NCBI GenBank assembly: GCA_041178085.1
Contig: JBEGVZ010000037.1
Coordinates: 8,733-72,732 of the forward strand
Direction of reading: 5' to 3'
Length of the DNA stretch: 64,000 nt
Origin: Pseudomonadota bacterium
GTDB lineage: Bacteria; Bdellovibrionota_B; Oligoflexia; Oligoflexales; RGVZ01
Positions 9,850-18,846 of this stretch are shown piece by piece (position 1 is the stretch's first letter; each line of letters begins with the position of its first letter). The translations under genes and the position numbers were made by a program. The notes beneath the pieces are model-generated. The model ran no database searches. It worked only from the letters and a program-made list of their open reading frames with translations, and was not told the origin of the DNA.

Positions 9850-10331
9850 CCAGGCACGCTCCCGTCAAATACGGCTTCGACAAAATCCGCCGGCAGGCTG
9901 GCAGGCGTAAACTCCCCGACTGCAATGGGGACTAGCTTGAAGATTGCCCTGAAATGAACACCTTTTGACTTCTCCAGCGGCAAAGATGACTGGGATATTT
10001 TTGCCAAGGCGTCCCCGTGACTGAGCTCGCCTGGCAGCATCGCATGAGCAGCCATCAGAAAGCGATCTGATTCAAGGATAAAACGTGTCGCAAGCCAGAT
10101 TGGCCCTTGCCGGGCAGCGCGACGGTATTCCGCATCGACGTGAACGACGGCCAGCACGCAGCGCTGATCAATCATTTTCTGCCACGTCCAGCCCGCGGTT
10201 GTGAATACAGCGTTGCGGGCACGATCACAGTATTTCAAGTAGTTGGCGTGATAAAGAACACCACCGGCATCGATGTCATCAAATGGGATTTCGAAGCGTT
10301 CGAGGTACAACTTGCTCTGGCGAACGCTCAT
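9846..10331 (-). CDS. acyl-CoA thioesterase, 4HBT/YbgC family
   Basis: FEIPFDDIDAGGVLYHANYLKYCDRARNAVF is a typical hotdog-fold YbgC N-terminus. ATGA overlaps at both ends. Confidence 0.75.
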   Translation of the reverse strand: MSVRQSKLYLERFEIPFDDIDAGGVLYHANYLKYCDRARNAVFTTAGWTWQKMIDQRCVLAVVHVDAEYRRAARQGPIWLATRFILESDRFLMAAHAMLPGELSHGDALAKISQSSLPLEKSKGVHFRAIFKLVPIAVGEFTPASLPADFVEAVFDGSVPG

Positions 10332-10783
10332 GATTTGCCCTTTTGGACGGGATGTACGGTCGCAGCGCCCTTGGCTACGGTGACCTCTTCGAATTTACCA
10401 TTTTCAAGGCGGAAGCTGCGAGGCAGGTGATGCACACCAAGCTTGCGGGCAATCTCATCTCCGGCCAGGCAACGCTGACGGACGTCAAAATGCTTCAAGG
10501 TGGCTACGGCAGCTGATTCCTCGTCGAACGTCGAGAGAAGTATCAGGTCTTCTCGCGAAGGTTGCCCGCGCAGGCTTTCCAGATCGTCCTTGCAACTGCC
10601 GCACCAGCTGGCAAAAAACTTGATATGCAACGGCCGGCCAGGAACCTGCAACTTGACAAGATCGTCCGTCGTGATTTTCGGGCACGCGCGGGAACTGACG
10701 GTATTTTCAGCGCGGGCGTGCGCGGCAACAAGCAGTGCCAGTATCAAACTGGAATATAGAATTTTTCGGCATAAAAGGTTCAT
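10328..10783 (-). CDS. TlpA/ResA-like periplasmic thiol:disulfide oxidoreductase (thioredoxin fold)
   Basis: Signal peptide MNLLCRKILYSSLILALLVAAHARA. Active site FFASWCGSCKDD (CxxC). Start ATG 10783 overlaps the upstream stop (ATGA). Confidence 0.75.
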   Translation of the reverse strand: MNLLCRKILYSSLILALLVAAHARAENTVSSRACPKITTDDLVKLQVPGRPLHIKFFASWCGSCKDDLESLRGQPSREDLILLSTFDEESAAVATLKHFDVRQRCLAGDEIARKLGVHHLPRSFRLENGKFEEVTVAKGAATVHPVQKGKS

Positions 10784-11754
10784 TGCATTACCCGCGACCA
10801 GGCAAGGGACCATGTGGATGCGACGACGGAGTTTCGTGTCTGACCAATCGCCCCCTGACGCGCCCAGGTCATTTTAACGGTGTTGCCATCGCCGGCCGCA
10901 ACGTCACCGGAGGCAAAAAGCCCGTTTGCAGCCTGCGACGAACCGGGTACCTCCGTACCATCCTGGGTAAGCGGTTGGCGGCGATCTGCCGTCATGCCGC
11001 CGGCCAGCTTGACTGGTACAGTATGGACCAGACCGGGCACCGGGACCTCCACTGTGCTGGTAACCGACGCAGTGACACGAATCAACCGCCCGGGTCGGAT
11101 GGCAACATCGTTCATCCTGACGGGTGCTGATTCGGTGATCACCGCCGAAAGCCCAGGTTTCACTTGTGGCATCATGCCCATCCAAACATCCAAGCCGGCC
11201 CGGTACTCATCATGACCACTGCCGCCAACATCGAGCAGCGCCGGGTCAGTGGACGTTGCTGCGGATTTCGCAAGAGACGGGCGAAAGCCCGCAACCAACT
11301 GCACCTGGGGCAGATAAGATTCCGTCAGGCGAGGCATCAAGATGGTGTAGCGTGCATTGAGCGTCGGATCGGCCAGCACCGTGCGGCTCCTTCCGTCGCG
11401 CTGATTGTTGATCACAGGCTGGGCAAGGACAAAAAAAACGCGCGGCGAAAAACCAATCCCGGCGGCAAAGGTACTGCTTAAACGACGCTGGGGGCCGAGG
11501 GAAGCAAGCAGCTCCCCAGATGGTCCGGTGGATGCCAGTGCGGGAGTGGCGGAAGTTCCCGCCAACAACTTGACTGTTTCGGCTGGAAAGAGAACCAATG
11601 GGTCATCCCCGCCACTACCGCAGGAAGCGCAGCCAAAAGCATCGGAAGCCCTGGCTGCGAGCAAGCTGCCGGCCACCAGAATCGTTACTGCCAGTTGTGA
11701 AAGGCAACGGCGCAAGAAGAGACTGACTCCCGTTCGGGCGCTCCACCTGGCCAC
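10780..11754 (-). CDS. putative outer-membrane protein with N-terminal CxxC (function unknown)
   Basis: GTG start. Signal-like N-terminus (LAVTILVAGSLLAARA) followed by GCASCGSGG. The body is Gly/Ser/Thr/Val-rich with beta-strand character. Confidence 0.5.
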   Translation of the reverse strand: MARWSARTGVSLFLRRCLSQLAVTILVAGSLLAARASDAFGCASCGSGGDDPLVLFPAETVKLLAGTSATPALASTGPSGELLASLGPQRRLSSTFAAGIGFSPRVFFVLAQPVINNQRDGRSRTVLADPTLNARYTILMPRLTESYLPQVQLVAGFRPSLAKSAATSTDPALLDVGGSGHDEYRAGLDVWMGMMPQVKPGLSAVITESAPVRMNDVAIRPGRLIRVTASVTSTVEVPVPGLVHTVPVKLAGGMTADRRQPLTQDGTEVPGSSQAANGLFASGDVAAGDGNTVKMTWARQGAIGQTRNSVVASTWSLAWSRVMQ

Positions 11755-11757
11755 AGA

Positions 11758-12225
11758 TTAACTTGCCGGGACTGTAACCGGCACGGTCAAACGGTGTTCC
11801 GTTTCTTCGGAATCATCGGCGCCGGCCTGGGCGGAACGTATGGTTATCTTCAGGTCCCAAGGGCCTGACATCACGAAGAATACGTTGCTGACACGCCAGG
11901 TGCCAATCGAATCCGCAACCGGCGTGACCACAGGTTGAACGTTTCCGGAACCGTGGTTGTGAATCGTCATCCACGGGGTTACGGTGATTGCCTTCACCAA
12001 AAACCCCTGTTTTGACTCAATTTTTAGAACGAAGGAGTTATCCACCCCGACGGCCGGCCCTTGTTCCCAAACGGCTTCAACCTTGAGCCCAGCCCCGGGT
12101 TGGATGTTCAGCGGCGCTCCTGATCCCGTTGACGACTGATCCCCATCCTCGGGAGCGGAATTGCCAGCGGACCCACAGGCCGCAGCCAAACCAAGGAAGG
12201 CGACCAAGCCAAGGGCGCGCAGCAT
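11758..12225 (-). CDS. YtkA/FixH-like lipoprotein
   Basis: Lipobox LGLAAAC|GS. C-terminal domain pattern VTPWMTIHNHGSG...GTWRVSNVFFVMSGPWDLKITI resembles the YtkA-like/FixH Ig-fold family. ATG 12225 is preferred over TTG 12231. Confidence 0.55.
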   Translation of the reverse strand: MLRALGLVAFLGLAAACGSAGNSAPEDGDQSSTGSGAPLNIQPGAGLKVEAVWEQGPAVGVDNSFVLKIESKQGFLVKAITVTPWMTIHNHGSGNVQPVVTPVADSIGTWRVSNVFFVMSGPWDLKITIRSAQAGADDSEETEHRLTVPVTVPAS

Positions 12226-12227
12226 AT

Positions 12228-12605
12228 TCAACGGGCCTCGATGACATTAAAGGAAAACTTGCCAGTATCGTTGTTCTGCAGGCGCACACGGACTTCCCAG
12301 TCCCCACGCATCATGAAATTCATGCTGCGGATCGCGGTACAGCCATTGGCCTGCGGGTAAAGAGCAACCGGTGAACTGCCATGCCCCATGGAGGGCATCC
12401 AAAGCTCTGCTTTCATCAACATGAGATTGCGGGAGTTGCACAACACGGCTTCGCTCGAAGCGGTCGTTACAACATCATCAGTGAATTCGAGGGTCAATGT
12501 GTCTCCAGCACGGCTGACCGAAGTAAAGGTCGCGGCTTGGGAAACATTTGAAAATAAAGCTGCTGCGGCAGCTGAAACGATCAATAAAACGATGTTTTTT
12601 TGCAT
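12228..12605 (-). CDS. YtkA/FixH-like secreted protein
   Basis: ATG 12605 with a GAAGGGG RBS. Signal peptide MQKNIVLLIVSAAAAALFSNVSQA. ELWMPSMGHGSSP...MNFMMRGDWEVRVRL gives the same family signature as the downstream paralog. Confidence 0.55.
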   Translation of the reverse strand: MQKNIVLLIVSAAAAALFSNVSQAATFTSVSRAGDTLTLEFTDDVVTTASSEAVLCNSRNLMLMKAELWMPSMGHGSSPVALYPQANGCTAIRSMNFMMRGDWEVRVRLQNNDTGKFSFNVIEAR

Positions 12606-12969
12606 GACGGACCCCTTCTGACTCGGTCCATAATCCAACCGGGAAAGTCCTGCAACGGAAGATGGTGGCGCTTCGGACTGACTTGGGCTTCCCACAAAAA
12701 ATGGGGCGGCCTTGGGTTATCGAACCATCATCGTTATTCCACAGCACACCAGAATCATTGCGCTAAAAAGCGACCACGACCGGGCCCACCCCAAATGCGT
12801 CGAAAAACAAATTACCTTCGTTATTACGGGGACTTAAACGCAAGCCAAACTGCCGAGATTCCACGCCAGAGGGCTGTGCTCGCCCATTCAGGCCGCAGGC
12901 ATCGAATAAAATGCGGACTCTGCCTTGGCATATGAGTTGCTCAGGTTGCCGTCAGGGAGGCTTCCAAAG

Positions 12970-13671
12970 ATGATTGCGAAAAACCATGTCTTGATTCTGA
13001 CCAAGACCCTGGCACTGGCTGCGTGTTCAAAAATGCCCCATCAAAGCGACAAAATCACAGGTGGAAAAAATCCTGACCACGAAAAACAAAGTGAAGATAG
13101 CGGCGAAAACCCCCGCACTCTTAGTGGTCGCTGGGAAGCCAAATGCTACTTCGACAAGGACCCCGACATCGAAGCCGGGGACCGGTATCGCATTTCGAAC
13201 GTTGAATTCAAAAACGGTCAATTCAAGCTGGTCAGCACGGAGTTTTCTCGAACAGACCCCACCTGCTCCAATAGAAGGGGTGTAGTTGAGGTGAGAGGTA
13301 CCTACGTGCAGGGAGAAAAAACCGCTTTGAATGACGATAACCATGACAAATACGAACTGGATCTGATCCGGGACTACGTGACAATTACGATCCACGACCA
13401 AGATACGCTCGAAGCCATGAATGGGGCGCTAAAGGAATACCCACCACCTCCTGAATGTGACGTGGGACCGTTTGTCCTTGGCGAACCGAAAGATTATTCC
13501 CCCCGGGGATGCGAAGTCACTGGCCGGTTATTCACCACATACCAGATCCTGCCCGATGGCTCACTTGGGATGGGAGGAGATCAAGAGGCAACAGAAGATC
13601 GCGACGGATCGACAGCTGCGCAACGGATTCAGATCCTGGGCAGTGCCAGATATAAAAGAGTCTCAAAGTAA
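12970..13671 (+). CDS. hypothetical lipoprotein
   Basis: GGGAGG RBS before ATG 12970. Lipobox LALAAC|S. Acidic N-terminal linker. 5 further Cys. Confidence 0.55.
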   Translation: MIAKNHVLILTKTLALAACSKMPHQSDKITGGKNPDHEKQSEDSGENPRTLSGRWEAKCYFDKDPDIEAGDRYRISNVEFKNGQFKLVSTEFSRTDPTCSNRRGVVEVRGTYVQGEKTALNDDNHDKYELDLIRDYVTITIHDQDTLEAMNGALKEYPPPPECDVGPFVLGEPKDYSPRGCEVTGRLFTTYQILPDGSLGMGGDQEATEDRDGSTAAQRIQILGSARYKRVSK

Positions 13672-13739
13672 TTCCCGGCAAACTGGCGGCAATCGCGGGA
13701 GCGTTGTAGAATCCATGCATCACAACAAAGGGGTGTGGT

Positions 13740-14147
13740 ATGGGTTCTTTTCGCAACTTCGTTCTCGCAATTGTCTGCCCGTGGGTCTTTTGCGCTTCCC
13801 CCCTTGCAGCTGCCGAACTACCTGAAAATCTCAATTGCACGGCCTACATTTATGGCGACGTGCCCTTCATGACTTTTTTCCTGAAAGCCCAGGCCGATGG
13901 AACCATCGCTTCCCCGACACAGGTTGAGCATTATGGTCAACGTCAGTTCGTACCTGTGGCCCACCTGCAAACCCAGACAGATGAAATGCTTCATCTGCTG
14001 ATCGGAAATGACGGCGATCAGCTTCGCTTGATCGTCTATAACGCAGACGCGACCGCCACTGGCTGGCGGGGAGTTCTGATCAACGATAATTCTCCGGCAA
14101 TGAAAGAGATGCAGGCCAAATGCGTTGACCACATTTCTGGTCTTTGA
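13740..14147 (+). CDS. hypothetical secreted protein
   Basis: AAGGGG RBS. Signal peptide MGSFRNFVLAIVCPWVFCASPLAAA. No recognisable domain. Confidence 0.5.
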   Translation: MGSFRNFVLAIVCPWVFCASPLAAAELPENLNCTAYIYGDVPFMTFFLKAQADGTIASPTQVEHYGQRQFVPVAHLQTQTDEMLHLLIGNDGDQLRLIVYNADATATGWRGVLINDNSPAMKEMQAKCVDHISGL

Positions 14148-14205
14148 TACGACCGAAGCCGAGAGATTTTAATCCCTGCAATTTTTTGAAGCGAGCGAGG
14201 TACCC

Positions 14206-15879
14206 ATGCACTCGATGGCAACGCATTTTGCAAATTTCGCCCGGAAAACCGGCTTCGCCTGCCTTTTGGCAACGGCAATGCTGGCAATTCCCGTGGGCAT
14301 CAGCGCGCAAGCACGCGACCTGACGGAAGAAGAAAAAATTGCCGATGTGGAACAGTTTTTTCAGCTGGTCAAATCCGGCTACGGGCCACTGCGCTTCAAA
14401 GAAGCGACCCAGGGAATCAATCAGTCTTCGTTGCGCAGCAAATACCTGGAAGAGGCGCGCAACACCAAAACAAATCGTGATTTTTATTACATGATGGGAC
14501 GTCTGATTGCCGAGTACCGCGATTCTCACTTTTCGGTCATCGTTCCGAGCAAGCTCAGAGCGACTCTCGGATTTTCCGTGGACCTGGTCGAAGGCAAAGT
14601 ACTGGTGGATGAAGTATTCACCTACAAAGGACCATATGCACTAAGCAAGGGCGACGAAATCGTCACCGTGGACGGCAAACCAGCAATGGCCGCTGTCGAA
14701 GAATTAATGGCCTACGTCAGCAGCGGCTACGAAGGGACCCGGCGTCGGGCCGCTACCATGGCGCTGACACAGCGCAACGGCATGCGCGTGCCAGTTCCGG
14801 CCGGAAATATCTCGCTGGGTGTCAAAAAGTCGACTGACGGTGCCAGCGTCGATACGGTCAGCATCCCTTGGATTGTTGACGGCAGCGCCCTTGACGAATC
14901 CTTCACCCCCGAATCCAGGCCAGCCAACTATTTGAAAAATTTTGAACTCTCCATTGCCAAAGAGATGAAAGAGTTCTTGTTTGCAGATGCGGAACAGACT
15001 TTCCGCTGCAATGGCCGCACGCGGACGAAAATCCCTGAAGGCGCCGTGATGATCCAGGAAAAGCCTTTCGTGGCGTACCATCACCCGGTGGAGCACAACG
15101 GCCGCAAGATGAACATCGGTTACTTGCGGATTCCACACTACTATCCGGCATCCGACCAACCGGGCGGCGATCCGAATGATGCGTCCCTTTATGACGAATA
15201 TTACCAACGTTACGAGTACGCAGTTGCCGAACTGGATGCGAAGACCGATGGCTTGATCATCGACCAGGATCATAACTGCGGCGGAAGCGTAGATTATCTG
15301 GAGCGCCTGGTCGGCCTGTTCATGGACAAGCCCTACCCTGGCCTGCAGTTCAGCTTTCTTGCCACCAAGCAAGAGCTGGTCGACTTCTCAAACGAGCTGA
15401 ACGGGCTGATCCCGCAAAGCATGACGCACAAGTATTTCAAGTCGGTCACCGACATGATGCGCGCGTCCTGGGAAAAGGGTGAGCCGATGACCCCCGTGAC
15501 CACGTTCATGGGCGACCATCTTCGCGCCCCGAACCCTGAAAACCGCTACACAAAACCGATCGTCATGCTGATCGACGAATTGTCTGGATCGGGTGGGGAC
15601 GCATTCCCGGCGATCATGCAGGGTCTTGGCCGGGCAAAGCTTCTCGGTAACCGCACCATGGGTGCAGGTGGCCACGTGGTCGAGCAATCGCCGCTTTACC
15701 ACTCGGCCGTTGGCCTGCGGATGACCAAGAGCCTTTTCTTCAGGCCTGACGGTGTCCCTGTGGAAAACAATGGCGCCGTACCGGACTTCCCCTACACACC
15801 GACGCGAGCTGACTTCATGAACAGCTACGCCGACTACCAGAAGTTTTACCTTGGTAAATTGCTGGAACAGATCCCCTGA
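14206..15879 (+). CDS. secreted S41-family serine peptidase (tail-specific/tricorn-core-like)
   Basis: Signal peptide ...AIPVGISAQA. S41-like blocks YRDSHFSV, IIDQDHNCGGSVDYL and PIVMLIDELSGSGGDAFPAIMQGLGRAKLLGNRTMGAGG. Confidence 0.65.
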   Translation: MHSMATHFANFARKTGFACLLATAMLAIPVGISAQARDLTEEEKIADVEQFFQLVKSGYGPLRFKEATQGINQSSLRSKYLEEARNTKTNRDFYYMMGRLIAEYRDSHFSVIVPSKLRATLGFSVDLVEGKVLVDEVFTYKGPYALSKGDEIVTVDGKPAMAAVEELMAYVSSGYEGTRRRAATMALTQRNGMRVPVPAGNISLGVKKSTDGASVDTVSIPWIVDGSALDESFTPESRPANYLKNFELSIAKEMKEFLFADAEQTFRCNGRTRTKIPEGAVMIQEKPFVAYHHPVEHNGRKMNIGYLRIPHYYPASDQPGGDPNDASLYDEYYQRYEYAVAELDAKTDGLIIDQDHNCGGSVDYLERLVGLFMDKPYPGLQFSFLATKQELVDFSNELNGLIPQSMTHKYFKSVTDMMRASWEKGEPMTPVTTFMGDHLRAPNPENRYTKPIVMLIDELSGSGGDAFPAIMQGLGRAKLLGNRTMGAGGHVVEQSPLYHSAVGLRMTKSLFFRPDGVPVENNGAVPDFPYTPTRADFMNSYADYQKFYLGKLLEQIP

Positions 15880-15892
15880 AACTTGGTCCCAC

Positions 15893-15927
15893 AAAAAAAG
15901 AAAACCCCGCTTCACGCGGGGTTTTTA
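15893..15927. terminator. bidirectional rho-independent terminator between convergent genes
   Basis: acAAAAAAAgAAAACCCCGCttcacGCGGGGTTTTTacttt. A GC stem is flanked by an A-run and a T-run. It sits between the S41 stop (15879) and the stop of the minus-strand gene (15931). Confidence 0.8.
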
Positions 15928-15930
15928 CTT

Positions 15931-17559
15931 TCAGCGATAGTCCGCTGGGTAGGGTCGGCGAATTTCCCGATAATTTCTGTCGTTGGGCGGCCCTCGCCTT
16001 TCCACAAGCAAACCTGCCGCGACCATCTTCGGGTTGGGATGGCGACTGCCATCGGAGACGGAATAAATCTCGTCGTCTACCTTGAAGGGGTGCCAGGTGA
16101 AGATCTGGTCTTCGCCCCAGATTTCACCGTAAAGCGAAGTCCGGTAATCCAACTGCCCCAGGGGTCTGCCCGTCTGGTCGTGGCAACGTGTGCACGACGC
16201 CTCGTTGTTGGCAAGAAGGCCCGCGATGTAGTGCTTGGGAACAATGTGAAAATTACCAAGCGTTGAAGCAGCGAAGCTGACTTTGTCACCATGACGCTTC
16301 CACTCGACATTCAGAGCAGATTGGAAAACCGTCCCTACGAGAAGCTCCCGGATTAAAGCGTAGTCTTTTGTTTCAGGAAGGTTGTCGTAATAACCGTTTA
16401 TACTCGGCACAGCTTTCTCATAAGACTTGCTGTCCAGGCGACCTGGTGTGAGCGTTGAACTGTCTTCCAGGTGGCTCACAAGTTGCCGCAGATCACTGCG
16501 CTGCCAGTTGGGACGCTGTCTTTTAATGGCCGTAGAAAGATCCGAAGCACGCGGGAACGGGCGGAAAATGTCCGTGCGCCAACGGTCAAGTTCACGGACC
16601 CTGGATCGCACCTCGTGCACGTACCACTCGGAAACGGCTCCCGCATCGCGAACCAGCAGGACCTCACCAAACACGGTCCCGACTGGGAACACCCAGTTCC
16701 AATGAGACCCGCTTTTCCACCAAACCACAGGCAAAGGACGCCCCTGGGCGTCACGCGGTGGGCTCCAGAAGTAGACGCTCTCGGCGTTCCCGCGGTCTAC
16801 TCGCCCCGCTGCGATCGAAAACGGATATTTGAAGGTTTGCAGTTCGAAATACTCTGTCAATGCGCGTATATCCGCAGAATCGGCCGTCACTCCGACATCA
16901 TATGCTACACGGTTGGCACGCAGCCCTTCAGGTCCAGTCGGGTTTCCGAAAGAATCCTGGTAGCTGAATACCATTGAATCTTCGTCGTACCAGATCGTGT
17001 CTTCGGCATGAAGGGCTCCATTGATATGGCCGTCTGCCAACTGGGGAAGGTTGCGGCGGTATGCCGCGAGGTCACGGGGATCAATCAAATCCAAACCAGC
17101 CGATGCGGTGGCCGCGCCCTGGTACTGGGTGAAGTTTGCACAAGCACTCAGGCTACGACCGAAAGACCTCACCTGCGCACCTGTCTCGACATTGATTGCC
17201 TGATAATCGTAGCCTTTTTCTACACAAGCAATGTTGTTGCGAGCCGCACGACGGGACGTCTCGCAAGCAGCCACGTGCCCAGAAAGGAACGTCCCGACTT
17301 TCACTTCCCCTCTTCCCGCAGACTTGAAAGTCATGTCTGCGATCAGCTGGCTGCTGTTTCTCCTTTTGCAGATTAGGTGCTGGCGCGTTGTATCGGTAAC
17401 CACCAACTGATAGCCGTCGACGGGGTCTGGTATTTCGACCGCATCATCGTCACGCAGGCGGCTAAATTGACCGTTGAGGGGCAAACACGCAGACACGCAG
17501 CTCAGCAAGACAAGGCCTGACACAAGCCAGATGTTTCGCGACAGACGAAGACCGCCCAT
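15931..17559 (-). CDS. large hypothetical secreted protein or lipoprotein with one CxxCH motif
   Basis: GAGGTG RBS. Signal MGGLRLSRNIWLVSGLVLLSCVSAC. Single heme-c-type motif in NNEASCTRCHDQTG near the C-terminus. Otherwise no recognisable domain. Confidence 0.6.
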   Translation of the reverse strand: MGGLRLSRNIWLVSGLVLLSCVSACLPLNGQFSRLRDDDAVEIPDPVDGYQLVVTDTTRQHLICKRRNSSQLIADMTFKSAGRGEVKVGTFLSGHVAACETSRRAARNNIACVEKGYDYQAINVETGAQVRSFGRSLSACANFTQYQGAATASAGLDLIDPRDLAAYRRNLPQLADGHINGALHAEDTIWYDEDSMVFSYQDSFGNPTGPEGLRANRVAYDVGVTADSADIRALTEYFELQTFKYPFSIAAGRVDRGNAESVYFWSPPRDAQGRPLPVVWWKSGSHWNWVFPVGTVFGEVLLVRDAGAVSEWYVHEVRSRVRELDRWRTDIFRPFPRASDLSTAIKRQRPNWQRSDLRQLVSHLEDSSTLTPGRLDSKSYEKAVPSINGYYDNLPETKDYALIRELLVGTVFQSALNVEWKRHGDKVSFAASTLGNFHIVPKHYIAGLLANNEASCTRCHDQTGRPLGQLDYRTSLYGEIWGEDQIFTWHPFKVDDEIYSVSDGSRHPNPKMVAAGLLVERRGPPNDRNYREIRRPYPADYR

Positions 17560-17865
17560 GGGTATCGCACCTCAAAGATCGATTGATGATGGGAGCGATC
17601 GCTGCAATTAGCGGACCAGCGCTGGTATCGCGTTATGGGCGCGCCAGAGGCCTGAGATATCTATTAAAAACAGTTAGTTACAGAATTTGAGGCCAGACAC
17701 TCCCGTTTCCATGAATGCCCAACGTTTAGATACTGTCCGTTTCATGAACGGCAGGTCAGGATTCAATCCCTCCATTGACCAACCCCTTGACACTCATGGC
17801 GCTGTAAATACTGCAGGTTAGAGCAGGTATGTTAATTGCAGCTTCAGCACTCACAGGAAAATTGA

Positions 17866-18846
17866 ATGACAAGTTTTACTCATCGGGGGGATTGCCTAGT
17901 GTTGGTCCGGACGACTCTTGCCCTTGTGGCCATTTCTGGTCTGGTCGGGTGCAGCATTTCGCCGGGAACCAGCTTCCTGCGCAGTGTCGGCGACAATTCC
18001 GACCAACCCGCAGAGATTCCCCCTTCCTTAGACGACATCACCCCGGAGATGGAAGCAAACGGGTATCAGAGCTATGCGTTCTACGAGGGGTTGAGTGCAG
18101 AGGAAATGCGTTCAGGCTCACGTACCGACGGCACGTCCTCCGACATGCCCTGTATCTCCAAAGCGGAAATCGCACGAGCACAAGATACATCACACATATT
18201 CTGGCACGGTCACGACAATGAGAAGCATACCTTCCGATTGACCTCTGAACATTACTCAGACCTTGGCAGCGGAAAGCCGGTCCAAATTTATACGACCGTG
18301 GTGGATGGTCATCGCCATGCAGTATTGATCGACCCGCGAAAATCATGCCGCGTTCCCCCAAACCAGCAGCGTCGGGCCGAGGGATCAACCCAGACTGGAC
18401 GTTCCCATTTTCTCTGCAAGCAACTTGGCAACAACGCCTGGCGTCCCTACTACATGAAATGGGACGGGAGTGCGGGCACATACATCGACTTCAGCACCAA
18501 GCCCAAGGGGCTGCTTGGAGCCTCCGCCATGAAATCCGAGGCAGAGTGCCAAAGGTCACTCGAAAACGCCAATCACGAACATGGAGTGATTTGTAGCGCC
18601 ACAGGAATCGGCTGGAAGCCGACCCTTTATACGGGCACCTTGCCGGGCCGCGCGGACTATGGATACCTCGGCGGCTCATCGATGGAAAAATTCGACAGCT
18701 GTTTGCTTGCTGTGCGCAATTCCAGTGCGAAGGGTGTTTGCTACTGGGGCGGGAATGGCTCCTACTACATCAGCCCGATCGACCGCGCAGACACGATTGG
18801 CCATGGCTTCTCGCACTTGGAAGAATGCGTTCAGCAAACTCGCTGA
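17866..18846 (+). CDS. hypothetical lipoprotein with His-rich motif
   Basis: Lipobox ISGLVGC|S. FWHGHDNEKHTFRLTSEHYSDLGSGKPVQIYTTVVDGHRHAVLIDP is an HxH...H...HxH arrangement. The C-terminal half is Cys-containing. Confidence 0.6.
   Translation: MTSFTHRGDCLVLVRTTLALVAISGLVGCSISPGTSFLRSVGDNSDQPAEIPPSLDDITPEMEANGYQSYAFYEGLSAEEMRSGSRTDGTSSDMPCISKAEIARAQDTSHIFWHGHDNEKHTFRLTSEHYSDLGSGKPVQIYTTVVDGHRHAVLIDPRKSCRVPPNQQRRAEGSTQTGRSHFLCKQLGNNAWRPYYMKWDGSAGTYIDFSTKPKGLLGASAMKSEAECQRSLENANHEHGVICSATGIGWKPTLYTGTLPGRADYGYLGGSSMEKFDSCLLAVRNSSAKGVCYWGGNGSYYISPIDRADTIGHGFSHLEECVQQTR

Noticed and set aside
17770-17810. A TTGACA hexamer followed by TAAATA upstream of the 326-aa lipoprotein gene.
   Set aside because: The spacer is only 12 nt, which is incompatible with a sigma70 promoter. 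No alternative -10 lies at the proper distance.
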